DNA of 64,000 nt from Spirochaetaceae bacterium. Its GTDB lineage: Bacteria; Spirochaetota; Spirochaetia; DSM-2461. The stretch is taken from assembly GCA_965224705.1 (NCBI GenBank), contig OZ245056.1, forward strand, positions 2,112,001 to 2,176,000, written 5' to 3'. Under the pieces are notes generated by a model, which was not told the origin of the DNA, did no database searches, and worked only from the letters and a program-made list of their open reading frames with translations. Made by a program: the position numbers and the translations under genes. This document shows, piece by piece, positions 38,611 through 48,894 of the stretch. Each line of letters begins with the position of its first letter. Within the stretch, counting starts at the first letter, position 1.

Positions 38611-39219
38611 ATGAATTACATATTATACGGAAGTAGAAAGCTTAAACAATTCACCATGCTGTTCAGTCATAAAGAAAAGTCTTATAGAATAATAGAACGA
38701 GTCAACAGGATTAATATACCCTTTGTACCTCTTGCGGATGAATATATTCATTATGCACTTCAGGAATTACTTGATAACTCATGGCAGGCACACCGGAATA
38801 AGGGAATCACGGGTTGGATCAGATTGATGCTCAGGGTGCAGGACAGCAATCTTGAAATTACAATTACAGATCAGGGAGGAGGATTTGATATCTCTAATCT
38901 CCCGTATAACTGGAATGACAATGTAAACGATATTGATACGACCGGTGACCCGTTCAAAAATTACAGAATGAAGCACAACTACAGGAAATGTGGCGTAGGA
39001 CTCATTTCTGTCAGGCGGCTTTTCCCGGTGTTTGATCTATCCTTTTACAACAGAGATGGTCAGGATGTGCCCTGGTCGTCCGGCGATGCGGCAGGAACCA
39101 GGGTCTCCGTGCTGCTTGAGGGATCATCAGCTTCGGCAGGAACTTCCGTTACTGGTAGTTTTGAGAGATCCAGAGCCCACTGTTCAACAAACCAGTTCGT
39201 ATCTTCCAGGATCAGATAA
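38611..39219 (+). CDS. HATPase_c (anti-sigma/kinase-like) domain protein
   Basis: ELLDNS, ITDQGGGF, GVGL boxes. Confidence 0.7.
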   Translation: MNYILYGSRKLKQFTMLFSHKEKSYRIIERVNRINIPFVPLADEYIHYALQELLDNSWQAHRNKGITGWIRLMLRVQDSNLEITITDQGGGFDISNLPYNWNDNVNDIDTTGDPFKNYRMKHNYRKCGVGLISVRRLFPVFDLSFYNRDGQDVPWSSGDAAGTRVSVLLEGSSASAGTSVTGSFERSRAHCSTNQFVSSRIR

Positions 39220-39644
39220 ACATGACCATATTCAAACCTGTCGTCAATAGATAAACGAATGGGCAGAGTAACGCGATCTTCATTCCTCTCCGGCAGCCCA
39301 TAGCAGCGATCCGCTTCCCGAGAACCAGCTTCAAGCAACTGGAGAAATTCTCTTTTCAAGGGCAGTTCCACTGTTTTGTAAAAAACCTCGGATGGGACCT
39401 GCCCCTCTTCTACTGCGTTAAACACAGTTTCGCATGCTTCCCAGGCTCCTTCCCAGGACACATCTCTTTTTCGGATGTCAGCCAGTTTTCCCATCTTTTC
39501 ATCATCAGGTAAACTTGTTTGACCATGATGAATACTGATGAATTCCTCCCAACGCTTATTGAGAGGAGATTGCCCGAAGAGGACAGCACATGAAGCTGTA
39601 AAAAGGCTGATAAGTATAAAAAATCGCCGATACCTGAATATCAT
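39060..39644 (-). CDS. Exported hypothetical protein
   Basis: Signal peptide; ATGA-coupled to the upstream gene. Confidence 0.6.
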   Translation of the reverse strand: MIFRYRRFFILISLFTASCAVLFGQSPLNKRWEEFISIHHGQTSLPDDEKMGKLADIRKRDVSWEGAWEACETVFNAVEEGQVPSEVFYKTVELPLKREFLQLLEAGSREADRCYGLPERNEDRVTLPIRLSIDDRFEYGHVYLILEDTNWFVEQWALDLSKLPVTEVPAEADDPSSSTETLVPAASPDDQGTS

Positions 39645-40747
39645 AGCTTCAAAAGATCACTGATATCATCCATCGAGATATCAAGATTACCAGAATTATC
39701 CCGTTCCTTTGCAGGCAGGTATTCTTCATTATATATTCTTGCCAGTCGATACGTTTCATCAGTCGAGTAATCAGGATTGATTTTCACTTCCAGATTGTAA
39801 CTTTTCTCTGACATGCCTCTCATCATGACATTGACTGGATCACTTGTTGTCAGTGCAAGGTGTGTGCTGTATGAGATGAGTATCATCAGTATCACCGCCA
39901 GAGTTGTGAGGAAAACAGTAAGGTTTAACTTTGCACGGGATACTGCAATTGGTCTGGTATCGAACCAGACAGTGTAGGAGTTGACATTGCTAATGAGATA
40001 ATCGCCCGGTCCCAAATCATTTATCAATGACATCCCTGTGCCCTGCGGATAAATTGCTCCATTGCCGTCTTTGATCGTTAATATCATGGGTCGAGTTCGA
40101 ACCAGGGTTTCTATTTCGCTTGATTCTGTTCTGTCAGAATGTAATTGTCCCAGGTATCCCATGGCGGCTTGCTGCTCTGTCTGCATTGACTGCTCAACAT
40201 CAGCGTTATCCATCAATGTAAAAGCAGCGCCGATGATCATGTTTGTAATGATCAAAGTTGCCGCAACAGTTGTAATTATTCTTATTGTATGACGTTGAAT
40301 CATGACGGAATTAGCAAATCGTATACGTTGGAACAGCTTCAGCAGCCGGAGTAAGCGAAGAATTCTGGCTATGCGGACAACCTTCACGATTTTGAGCATG
40401 CTCATCAAAGAACCAGTTCCTGCGAATGTGGAGTTGCTGAGATAGGAAAGAAATTCCGGTGTTGATGAAAACAGGAGCAGGGGTACCGATGCCGCAAAGT
40501 CTACCCAGCCGTTCCTGAATAGCAGGTACCGGCCAAATTGTTTGTGACTCAGAGCATTCCAGCTGCGCACAAGGAACTCAATAGTAAAAAATAGATCAAA
40601 AGCAAAGCCGGTCAGGATGAATATCCTCCGTATTTCCCAGGACTTTCCCAGTATCACCATCGAATCTTCAAGAAGAGTTTGCATTAAAACCAATACTATG
40701 GCTGTAGTGACCAATCCTTCAAAGAAAGATGAAAACTTACTTTTCAC
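39641..40747 (-). CDS. Ion_trans (voltage-sensor-like) domain membrane protein
   Basis: DLFFTIEF, NGWVDF, S4-like KVVRIARILRLLRLLK. Confidence 0.75.
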   Translation of the reverse strand: MKSKFSSFFEGLVTTAIVLVLMQTLLEDSMVILGKSWEIRRIFILTGFAFDLFFTIEFLVRSWNALSHKQFGRYLLFRNGWVDFAASVPLLLFSSTPEFLSYLSNSTFAGTGSLMSMLKIVKVVRIARILRLLRLLKLFQRIRFANSVMIQRHTIRIITTVAATLIITNMIIGAAFTLMDNADVEQSMQTEQQAAMGYLGQLHSDRTESSEIETLVRTRPMILTIKDGNGAIYPQGTGMSLINDLGPGDYLISNVNSYTVWFDTRPIAVSRAKLNLTVFLTTLAVILMILISYSTHLALTTSDPVNVMMRGMSEKSYNLEVKINPDYSTDETYRLARIYNEEYLPAKERDNSGNLDISMDDISDLLKL

Positions 40748-40750
40748 AAC

Positions 40751-41662
40751 TTACCATCCATTTTCAGCAGCAATATATTGAAGTTCATACAGCATATCCA
40801 GATCAAAACCATGAAATTTATAATTTTTGCGGGCAACACTGAACCAACTCTTATCTGAGGTTTCTGCCCCTCTCTCAATTGCCATACCAGATCTCATATT
40901 ATAGCATCGGTGGGAAAAAATTGAAGCCAGGCGAGATGTCGCTTCCATCCGGGGGTTTTCAGCAAATTTCAAATAACTGTTAATCCCCGATAGAATTAAA
41001 TCTTTTGGAAGAAAGCGAATTTTTCTCATGAGCTCAAGGGTGACTTTGTCAATAACAGCTTGATTTATTTTTAACTGCTCACCACTCACCGGAGCATAGT
41101 AATGTACAGCAGCCCTGAGCAGCATTGTCATTTTAACGAAGTTGAAAATCTGTTTGTGCTCCATATTCAGTCTTTGAACCTTTTTCAATGCTATGCTTAT
41201 GTGTTTGTTTCGATGAAACGAATGGGTTAGGTATCGATCGATCATTCCTGAGGCGATACAAATCGCAGGGCCAGTCAGTTCCTTCCTTGATTCGGGCTTG
41301 CTTGACAGTGTCAGCAGAAGTTGACCAATTTCGGCTTCATATTCAGCAACATCGACAACTCGGGTATTCATGGTTCGAATGAATTTGAAATCAATGTGGT
41401 TATTCGTAAGCGATTGGAAGTATTCCTGAAGACTCCCGTTTCCCAGTTGAGTTATCGATTCTTTGAGATGCGACTTGATAATAGACCATGAAATACCCGG
41501 GAAGAATGCGGGAGATGTCATGGTGTTCTGCAGCACATCGGCATTGACATCAATGAACAGATGGAGTTGAGCTTCCTTTTGAAGTGGAGATAAACCACTG
41601 AGAGATGGATTTTCCCACAGTCGTCGAACAAATTGTTCTACTTTGTTTTCATCAATATACAT
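40751..41662 (-). CDS. Conserved hypothetical protein
   Basis: 303-aa ORF, operonic with the next gene. Confidence 0.7.
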   Translation of the reverse strand: MYIDENKVEQFVRRLWENPSLSGLSPLQKEAQLHLFIDVNADVLQNTMTSPAFFPGISWSIIKSHLKESITQLGNGSLQEYFQSLTNNHIDFKFIRTMNTRVVDVAEYEAEIGQLLLTLSSKPESRKELTGPAICIASGMIDRYLTHSFHRNKHISIALKKVQRLNMEHKQIFNFVKMTMLLRAAVHYYAPVSGEQLKINQAVIDKVTLELMRKIRFLPKDLILSGINSYLKFAENPRMEATSRLASIFSHRCYNMRSGMAIERGAETSDKSWFSVARKNYKFHGFDLDMLYELQYIAAENGW

Positions 41663-41872
41663 AACAGTTTGTTAAGACCCTTTTCCACACTCATTTATAG
41701 TCCGGTACTCCGTGATACTCCGAGAAAAATGTACTGTCAGGTATGAAACACAGAGTATCTCCGGGAACTCAGTCTGTCCTGCGGGTCCATACCTGCTGTT
41801 GGACAGAGACTATAGCATTCATATACAACCAGAATCATAGTAGCAACTGGCAATAATTATTACACTGCCAAT

Positions 41873-43645
41873 ATGACATACAAGATAAAGAAAAATCTAC
41901 CAGATGTCCAGATTCTGTCGAGAACAGTCTCTCAGCGTATTGCAGCTGGTGAAGTGATTGACCGGCCTTATGCAGCAGTCAGAGAATTACTCGATAATGC
42001 CATCGATGCAAAGGCAACCGATATATCAGTATACATCCAGAGCGGCGGTATTGATGAAATCCGAGTTTCGGACAATGGGCATGGAATGAGTGAAGAAAAC
42101 CTGGCACTTTGCTGGCTGCCTCATGCAACCAGTAAACTTTCCACCATTGATGACCTTGAGAGAATAGCCACTCTGGGATTTCGGGGGGAAGCCCTTTCCA
42201 GTCTTGCTGTCTGCTCCCGTCTGGAGATCATATCGAAGCCATTTGAGGAGGCATTCCGGCTGTGTGTCCATGGAGGAAAAGTTCTCGAACAGGGTATTTC
42301 ATCCGGACAGCCAGGAACAACGGTTTCTGTGAAGAATCTATTCTTCAATCTTCCGGCCCGAAGACAGTTTCTCAAAAGCACACGGGCCGAAACAACTCTT
42401 TGCCGCCGTGCATTCCTTGAAAAAGCAGCAGCACATCCGGAAATCAATTTCAGACTGTTTATTGATGGTCAATTAAAAACGTTCCTCCCATCGGGGTCTT
42501 ACATCGATAGAGTGAGTCTATGCTGGCCAGGGCTGGGATCTCAATCAACATGGTGGGAATCAAATCATATTTCGGATGACTCCTCGGTAACCATTATACA
42601 TGCCAGACCGGAAATAAGCCGTAAGGATAGAATGTACATCCACATCAATGTTAATCGACGACGAATTGATGAGTATTCCCTGGTTCAGGGTGTTGTTCAT
42701 GCCTACGATTCCTGGCTGCCTGGAGGTACCTTCCCCATTGCCTTTGTGTTCATTGAAATTGATCCACAACTTGTTGACTTCAACATTCATCCTGCCAAGA
42801 GAGAAGTACGGTTTCGAGATTTACCCTCAATCCGTCACCAGGTTATCGAGACCATCAAAGACCGTCTGGACAGGGAGTCGTACGAAAAGCGTTCCTCAAT
42901 CAAAGCTCCTCTTAAAGAAAATAATGCCTATTTGCCATCCTGGAAATCGGCAGAAACTTACGAATATACGGCATATAATCAGACCTCCTATCGAGCAAAA
43001 CCCCAACAGGCCGAGATTTTTGCGGAAACAACCAGGAAGTTAAGAGAATCAGATCACAAACATGAGCCATTCAAACGTTTCAATCCCGTTCCTCTTGAGA
43101 AAAACACCGAATTTCGCTACCTGGGGCAGGTAATGGGGGTCTTTCTGTTAGCGGAATCATCCGATTCACTTTTTATCGTTGATCAGCATGCTGCCCATGA
43201 GCGCATTCTTTATGAGAAATTGTGCAATTCAGAGCCTGTTACCGAGCATCTTTTGTTTCCTTTGCGGTTAAACCTCGATAGAACAGCATTGATGCGTCTG
43301 GAACTCCGGATGGATCGCCTTGAAAGAATGGGCTTGAAGTTTGAAAAAAATAATGATGAGTGGGAACTGACCGCTCTCCCCCTTGCGGCCAAAGGTCTTG
43401 AGGGGGAATTGGTAGAATCCATTGAAGATGGTATTGGAAGTCCTGAAGATTTTGAGAAATCATTATGGGCCGATGTTGCCTGTAAAACCGCCGTAAAGGA
43501 TAGAAATGTTCTTGATGATGATGCCGCCCGTCAAATACTGCGCGATGCGTTTAATCTTGATACTCCGCGATGTCCCCACGGGCGGCCGATATGGTTTGAA
43601 ATAAGCCGTAACGAACTTTTTGAATTAATGGGACGAAGGGTTTAA
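41873..43645 (+). CDS. mutL: DNA mismatch repair endonuclease MutL
   Basis: IAAGEVI, GFRGEAL, DQHAAHER, CPHGRP. Confidence 0.96.
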   Translation: MTYKIKKNLPDVQILSRTVSQRIAAGEVIDRPYAAVRELLDNAIDAKATDISVYIQSGGIDEIRVSDNGHGMSEENLALCWLPHATSKLSTIDDLERIATLGFRGEALSSLAVCSRLEIISKPFEEAFRLCVHGGKVLEQGISSGQPGTTVSVKNLFFNLPARRQFLKSTRAETTLCRRAFLEKAAAHPEINFRLFIDGQLKTFLPSGSYIDRVSLCWPGLGSQSTWWESNHISDDSSVTIIHARPEISRKDRMYIHINVNRRRIDEYSLVQGVVHAYDSWLPGGTFPIAFVFIEIDPQLVDFNIHPAKREVRFRDLPSIRHQVIETIKDRLDRESYEKRSSIKAPLKENNAYLPSWKSAETYEYTAYNQTSYRAKPQQAEIFAETTRKLRESDHKHEPFKRFNPVPLEKNTEFRYLGQVMGVFLLAESSDSLFIVDQHAAHERILYEKLCNSEPVTEHLLFPLRLNLDRTALMRLELRMDRLERMGLKFEKNNDEWELTALPLAAKGLEGELVESIEDGIGSPEDFEKSLWADVACKTAVKDRNVLDDDAARQILRDAFNLDTPRCPHGRPIWFEISRNELFELMGRRV

Positions 43646-43649
43646 ATAC

Positions 43650-43677
43650 TAATATCACGCACATTGCCGGCCGATGA
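43650..43677 (+). promoter_or_regulatory. Possible sigma28 promoter of the flgN operon
   Basis: TAAT-N16-GCCGATGA; imperfect match. Confidence 0.3.
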
Positions 43678-43701
43678 TGAAGGGATGATTCAGGAGTCAA
43701 T

Positions 43702-44187
43702 ATGAGTGATGAACGTCATATCTGGGATCAATTAATCTCACTTATGAGCCAGGAATGCAATCTACTGGAAGAAATTGCTGAAACTGTGGGAAGATTGAGA
43801 ACAAGTATTCACCGCAGGGAGTGGCCTGGTCTGGAAGAATCCTTCAAACTCATGGAAAAAAAAACGGAGTTCTTCAGTTCCCTGGAACAAAGCCGGGAAG
43901 AATTGACCGGCAGGATTTGTGGTGAAAGGGATTTCAATCAAATAGTCTCGGAACTTGAACCAGAGTTCCGAAACAGTGTGAACAGGATTAAGAGTGAACT
44001 CAAAACTCGATTACTTATGGTTAAAAGCCGGACCCGGGGAGTAGTCGATTATGCTGATTCTCAAGGACGCTTGAGCCGGGAAATCATGGAGGTATTCTAT
44101 CCATCAACCCGAGGCCGGATTTACAATCAGCAGGGTCGATCTGATTCTGAAAAACTGAACCCTGTAATCCTTTCCCATCACCTGTAA
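43702..44187 (+). CDS. flgN: Flagellar export chaperone FlgN-like
   Basis: Helical protein immediately upstream of flgK. Confidence 0.65.
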   Translation: MSDERHIWDQLISLMSQECNLLEEIAETVGRLRTSIHRREWPGLEESFKLMEKKTEFFSSLEQSREELTGRICGERDFNQIVSELEPEFRNSVNRIKSELKTRLLMVKSRTRGVVDYADSQGRLSREIMEVFYPSTRGRIYNQQGRSDSEKLNPVILSHHL

Positions 44188-44197
44188 GGAGGTCGGT

Positions 44198-46075
44198 ATG
44201 TCAGGTACATTCAGCGGCATTGAGATTGGGAAACGCAGTCTCAATGCTCATCAAAAAGGATTAACAACGATAGGGCATAACCTTTCCAATGCCTCAACAG
44301 AGGGTTACAGTCGGCAAAGAGTTAAACTGGGTACAGTCGATCCTCTTTACAGGCCTCAACTCAACCGGGCAGAAGCTCCGGGTCAAATCGGCCAGGGGGT
44401 GGGTGCTGTCAGTATTGAACGAGTTCGTGATGAGCTTCTGGAAAACCGTATTATTGCTGAGAGCGACCTTTCCTCTTACTGGAGTACACGGGATTCCTAT
44501 CTTTTACAGGTAGAACAGGTGCACAAGGAGCCCTACGATACCTCGGTTCGTTTCATGATGGATAAATTCTGGGAGGGATGGCAGGAACTTTCCATGCGTC
44601 CGAATGGACAGGCTGAACGTCAGGGGGTTTTGAGGCGGGGTGAAGCCCTGATGGATGGGATCAACCTGCGATACTCAAGGCTTCAGCAGATTCGAAAAAT
44701 GGTTGATGAAGATGTGGTGGTTTCTGTTGGAGAGGTCAACGGAATTCTTTCAGATATCAAGGCTGTCAACCAGGAAATCATAAAATCCGAGGCAGTGGGA
44801 GACAATCCTAACGATCTTTATGACAGGCGGGATCTACTGGTTAACAAACTTTCAACCTACATTCCGGTCACTGTGGAAAACAGGGATCCTGATGAATTTC
44901 AAATTCATACCGGGGGGCTGCATCTCATTCAGGGTAAACTGGTATCCTATCTGGATACAGATCCCAATCCCAATAACGAAGGCCATCATGACATTGTCTG
45001 GGAATCCAATGGACGGGAGTTTACCATCAAATCAGGAAAACTTGGGGCCCTCATTGAACTCCGTGACCTGGATATTCGCGGAGAAATACAATCCTTTGAT
45101 GAAATGACCATGTCCTTTGCTGACCTCGTAAACGGGATCCATCGGGATGGGTGGTCTGACAATGGTGCCACTGGATACAATTTTTTCGAGGAATATCCTT
45201 TCGTGGATAATTTATCAGGTAACTACGACCGCAGTGGTGACGGAGAGTTGGATTCCACCTATGTGTATCGTCTTACGGGTATGCATGAACTGCAAAGTGA
45301 ATCTCCTGTTGGATTTGCTGGAGTAATTACCATTGATGGAAATGATGGACCTGTCAATATTCCATATAATGCCATGGATACAGTGGGTATGATACTTGAT
45401 CGTATCAATGCTTCACCTGCGGAAGTGACGGCCCGATTGGACAGGGAGGGACGTCTGGAACTCAGGGCCGGCATAACAGAAACCAGGGATAACCCGGATT
45501 TTGTTATTCGTCACGTGGAGGATTCAGGTCAGTTTCTCACCGGTTATGCAGGTTTACTTGGAGGCAGTGGCCCTGAGGGGGCTTACGACTGGCAGACTCC
45601 TGATGCTGTGCTGGCACTGAGACCTGGAGGAACAGCCTACTCTGTGTCTCCGCTCAATCATCCCTCGGGGTGGTTGAGGGTTAACAGGGAGTTGTTGACA
45701 GATCCGTCCAAAGTGGCTTCGGGTTTGAGCGATACGGGCCGCAAACCTGCCGATGGAGATAACCGGGCGGCCGTTGACATTGCCCAGCTTAGACACAGAC
45801 CTGTACTCAGCGGCAGGAGTGCGTCATTTGATGATTGGTTTTCTCTGGCTGTTGCAGATATAGGACTCAAGGGAGAAGTGGCCTCACAGACGGCTGACAG
45901 TCATAAGCTCATGATGCAGGAACTTGAGATCCTTCGACAGTCCATCTCCGGGGTCAATATGGACGAAGAATTCTCGGAAATGATTAAATTTCAGCATGGG
46001 TATAATGCTGCTGCACGATTTATAACCAATATTGACCAGATGCTCGACACTATAATTAACAGGATGGGGGTTTAA
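44198..46075 (+). CDS. flgK: Flagellar hook-associated protein FlgK
   Basis: HNLSNASTEGYSRQ; SGVNMDEE. Confidence 0.95.
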   Translation: MSGTFSGIEIGKRSLNAHQKGLTTIGHNLSNASTEGYSRQRVKLGTVDPLYRPQLNRAEAPGQIGQGVGAVSIERVRDELLENRIIAESDLSSYWSTRDSYLLQVEQVHKEPYDTSVRFMMDKFWEGWQELSMRPNGQAERQGVLRRGEALMDGINLRYSRLQQIRKMVDEDVVVSVGEVNGILSDIKAVNQEIIKSEAVGDNPNDLYDRRDLLVNKLSTYIPVTVENRDPDEFQIHTGGLHLIQGKLVSYLDTDPNPNNEGHHDIVWESNGREFTIKSGKLGALIELRDLDIRGEIQSFDEMTMSFADLVNGIHRDGWSDNGATGYNFFEEYPFVDNLSGNYDRSGDGELDSTYVYRLTGMHELQSESPVGFAGVITIDGNDGPVNIPYNAMDTVGMILDRINASPAEVTARLDREGRLELRAGITETRDNPDFVIRHVEDSGQFLTGYAGLLGGSGPEGAYDWQTPDAVLALRPGGTAYSVSPLNHPSGWLRVNRELLTDPSKVASGLSDTGRKPADGDNRAAVDIAQLRHRPVLSGRSASFDDWFSLAVADIGLKGEVASQTADSHKLMMQELEILRQSISGVNMDEEFSEMIKFQHGYNAAARFITNIDQMLDTIINRMGV

Positions 46076-46078
46076 TAC

Positions 46079-47326
46079 ATGATGCGAATCAGCACGAATA
46101 TGCCAATGCTTGATAATCGTTTTCAGATGTCCAATCTGGATTTTTTGATGAACAGGGCACAGAATGGGATTTCTTCTTCCCGATCCATTGGCAGTCTTCG
46201 AGATGCACCGATTGATGCGGCCCATGCTACACGTCTGGATTCTGCAGAAATGCGTGCTTCACGCTATATAAAAAACATTGATTATGCCCAGGGCCGAATG
46301 GCACAGGCTGAGGGCTATATGAGCGAGGCTATCACTCTGATTCATCGTTTCAGGGAACTGGCTATTCAGGGATCAAATGGAACCAACTCACCGGAAACAT
46401 TGAGTATGATGGCTGTAGAAGTCAATGAACTCCTTGAAGAGCTTACCAACGTGATGAATGCCAAAGGAGGAGATGGACAATTCCTGTTTGCTGGAGATGA
46501 TACAACAACACCGCCCTTTCTAGTGCAAAAGGGCAGAATCCCCGGTCTTGGCTCAGCGGCTATTTCCAGTGTTTCCTATGCCGGTGATTTGAGCCGCAGT
46601 ACCATGGAAATAAGCGATGGCAGGACTGTCAGGTTGAATCTTCAGGGCAATGAAGTCTTCTGGTCTGAGTCGCAGCAAATCTTCGGTGCCAATGACACTG
46701 AGGGATTCATTGTCAGGGAAACGAATCGATTCCTTCTGGATGGAAATGAAATCAATCTGGAACCGGGCGATAATATCAAAACAGTTGTGAGAAAAATCAA
46801 CAATTCAGGAGCGGCCGTCAAAGCGTCTCTGGATCCGGTAACGGGCTCATTGAATCTAAACACTACTATTCCTCATCAGATCTGGCTGGAACCGGTTGAA
46901 GGCAGGGCACTGGTTGACATGGGCCTGTTGAGAGAATTTGGAAACACACAGCCGCAGAATAACTGGCATCCTGATGCTACGGTGTCCGGAGGCGGACTGG
47001 TTCACCAGGTCATTTCCTTGAGGGATGCTCTGTTAGCCGGGAATCAGGAAAGAATTGGCGGTGCCATTGTTGGCGGCCTGGACAAGGGACTGGATTCTTT
47101 GCTGAGAAACATCGCTGATCTGGGGGCTGAATCCAATCGGCTGTCGATAAATGCCAGTCGAATGGATGAAAACATGGAATCTCTTGGAAACTGGAAATCC
47201 AGTATTACGGACCTTGATGTAACTCAGGCAATCACGGAAATGAAAATGCTCCAATACACACAAAAAGCAGCATATCAGGTTGCAGGACGAATCCTTCAGC
47301 CGTCGTTGATGGATTTCTTAAGGTAA
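46079..47326 (+). CDS. flgL: Flagellar hook-associated protein 3 FlgL
   Basis: MRIST start, ILQPSLMDFLR end, follows flgK. Confidence 0.93.
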   Translation: MMRISTNMPMLDNRFQMSNLDFLMNRAQNGISSSRSIGSLRDAPIDAAHATRLDSAEMRASRYIKNIDYAQGRMAQAEGYMSEAITLIHRFRELAIQGSNGTNSPETLSMMAVEVNELLEELTNVMNAKGGDGQFLFAGDDTTTPPFLVQKGRIPGLGSAAISSVSYAGDLSRSTMEISDGRTVRLNLQGNEVFWSESQQIFGANDTEGFIVRETNRFLLDGNEINLEPGDNIKTVVRKINNSGAAVKASLDPVTGSLNLNTTIPHQIWLEPVEGRALVDMGLLREFGNTQPQNNWHPDATVSGGGLVHQVISLRDALLAGNQERIGGAIVGGLDKGLDSLLRNIADLGAESNRLSINASRMDENMESLGNWKSSITDLDVTQAITEMKMLQYTQKAAYQVAGRILQPSLMDFLR

Positions 47327-47330
47327 TATA

Positions 47331-47789
47331 ATGTTAGTAGATACAAAGGCTTATGGTCAGATTGAAGTTGATGAACGGCAGCGAATTACCATTCCATCCG
47401 GTCTGTACGGCTTTGATAATATGGTTGAGTACATACTGATGAATGCTCAGCAGCATCCTTTCTACTGGCTGCAATCCCTTGATGTGCGGGATATTGCATT
47501 TGTCTTGATTGATCCGGAAATAATTCGTCCAGACTACAAGCCATGCCTGGATCCCATCGATCTTGAAGCTCTGAAACTGAATGGTATTGAGGATGAGAGG
47601 CTGTTGAAATTTGCCATAGTCACCATACCGGACGACCACCAGTATATGACTGCCAACCTGCAGGGTCCTGTCATATTGAACAGGGAAACCCGGGTGGGCC
47701 GTCAATGCATCTCCAGTGACGAGAGTTGGCAGGTCAGGCATAATATTATGGAAGAAATAGCCGCTTCCTCTGCCAGAAACGCATGCTGA
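47331..47789 (+). CDS. fliW: Flagellar assembly factor FliW
   Basis: PFYWLQS, TANLQGPVILN. Confidence 0.93.
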   Translation: MLVDTKAYGQIEVDERQRITIPSGLYGFDNMVEYILMNAQQHPFYWLQSLDVRDIAFVLIDPEIIRPDYKPCLDPIDLEALKLNGIEDERLLKFAIVTIPDDHQYMTANLQGPVILNRETRVGRQCISSDESWQVRHNIMEEIAASSARNAC

Positions 47790-48010
47790 TTCTATCCCGC
47801 CGTAAGAATCAAAGTGTTATTATCGATGAACGCATTGAGGTAACAATTGTTGATATTAAAGGTGATCAGATAAAACTTGGAATACAGGCACCGCCGGATG
47901 TCTCTGTGTTCAGGAATGAGGTTTTTCTTGCTATTCAGGATGAAAACCGGGCTGCTGTTTCTGCTCCAGTGAATCTCCCTTCCCTGAATCTGCCGGGGAG
48001 AAAAAAATGA
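47783..48010 (+). CDS. csrA: Carbon storage regulator CsrA
   Basis: MLILSRR...IKLGIQAP..V.VFR.E. Confidence 0.95.
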   Translation: MLILSRRKNQSVIIDERIEVTIVDIKGDQIKLGIQAPPDVSVFRNEVFLAIQDENRAAVSAPVNLPSLNLPGRKK

Positions 48011-48263
48011 GTGTCCGGAAGCCTGTAAGGCCATTTCGGAACCCCAATTGCCTCCTGAACCCTCACATTCAACGGATACATACAGCGGGGCATAACAACA
48101 CGATTCCACAAACCATTTTTTTGCTTTGAGGCACTGGAATTGATATATTTCGGGTTGGGGCAGTGAGAAAATAACATAGTAAATCTCCTTGTAGATCGTT
48201 TTCTCCCCAGGATATAACGAGGTTGGCCAGGGTTTTTCTTGCGTTAACAAGCTTCCTGACACA
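48010..48263. mobile_element. MITE family 2 copy with a Zn-ribbon remnant (HCPNPK)
   Basis: Degenerate TIRs; interior similar to 20600-20760. Confidence 0.75.
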
Positions 48264-48463
48264 GGTGAATTCTCTGGTTCTCATTTCGTATGAGTTCATT
48301 CCAATGCTGGAATAATTCTATTTATTTTCATTCTTCATATAGAGATATGAAGAATAGGAATAGTTATATAACTTTTCTCGATTTGCCTGTCTCAAAAACT
48401 CTTGAATCTTGCCGGAGTATAAGTATAGTATATACCATTGGCAACCGCTTCAGGAGGATTGGC

Positions 48464-48751
48464 ATGGATATTACTGATATTCGTATCAGAAAGGTTCATT
48501 CGGAAGGAAAATTGAAGGCCTATGTGACCATAACGTTTGATGACTCGTTTGTTATTCACAATTTGAAGATTATTGATGGTGATAATGGTTTTTTCATTGC
48601 TATGCCGAGCCGTAAAACAAAGAACGGTGATTACAAAGATGTTGCCCATCCCATCAATACAAGTTTCAGGGTTAAGATGCAAAGCCGAATTCTTGACGAA
48701 TATAATAAGATGGGAGATGCTGACGAATCCATCAATGGAGAAATTCAGTAA
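48464..48751 (+). CDS. spoVG: SpoVG
   Basis: MDITDIRIR...FIAMPSRK...KDVAHPIN; AGGAGG RBS. Confidence 0.95.
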   Translation: MDITDIRIRKVHSEGKLKAYVTITFDDSFVIHNLKIIDGDNGFFIAMPSRKTKNGDYKDVAHPINTSFRVKMQSRILDEYNKMGDADESINGEIQ

Positions 48752-48770
48752 GAAGAGCGAGCACAAACGA

Positions 48771-48842
48771 TAGGACGTCGGCAAGCGGTAAGCCACCGGG
48801 TTTTGATCCCGGCATTCGCAGGTTCGAATCCTGCCGTCCTAG
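48771..48842 (+). tRNA. tRNA-Gln(TTG)
   Basis: TAGGACG acceptor stem, CCGGG-TTTTGAT-CCCGG arm. Confidence 0.95.
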
Positions 48843-48894
48843 CTAATGGATACCGATGGGTTTTATTGAGTAATAATGGAGGAATGATAGATTC

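Noticed and set aside
39060..39219. 160-bp convergent overlap as a designed feature
   Set aside because: Both overlapping tails look low-information; stop-codon loss is the simpler explanation.
48264..48463. N-terminal extension of spoVG (48290), or a lost gene between csrA and spoVG
   Set aside because: A strong RBS supports 48464; gene loss cannot be shown without comparative data.
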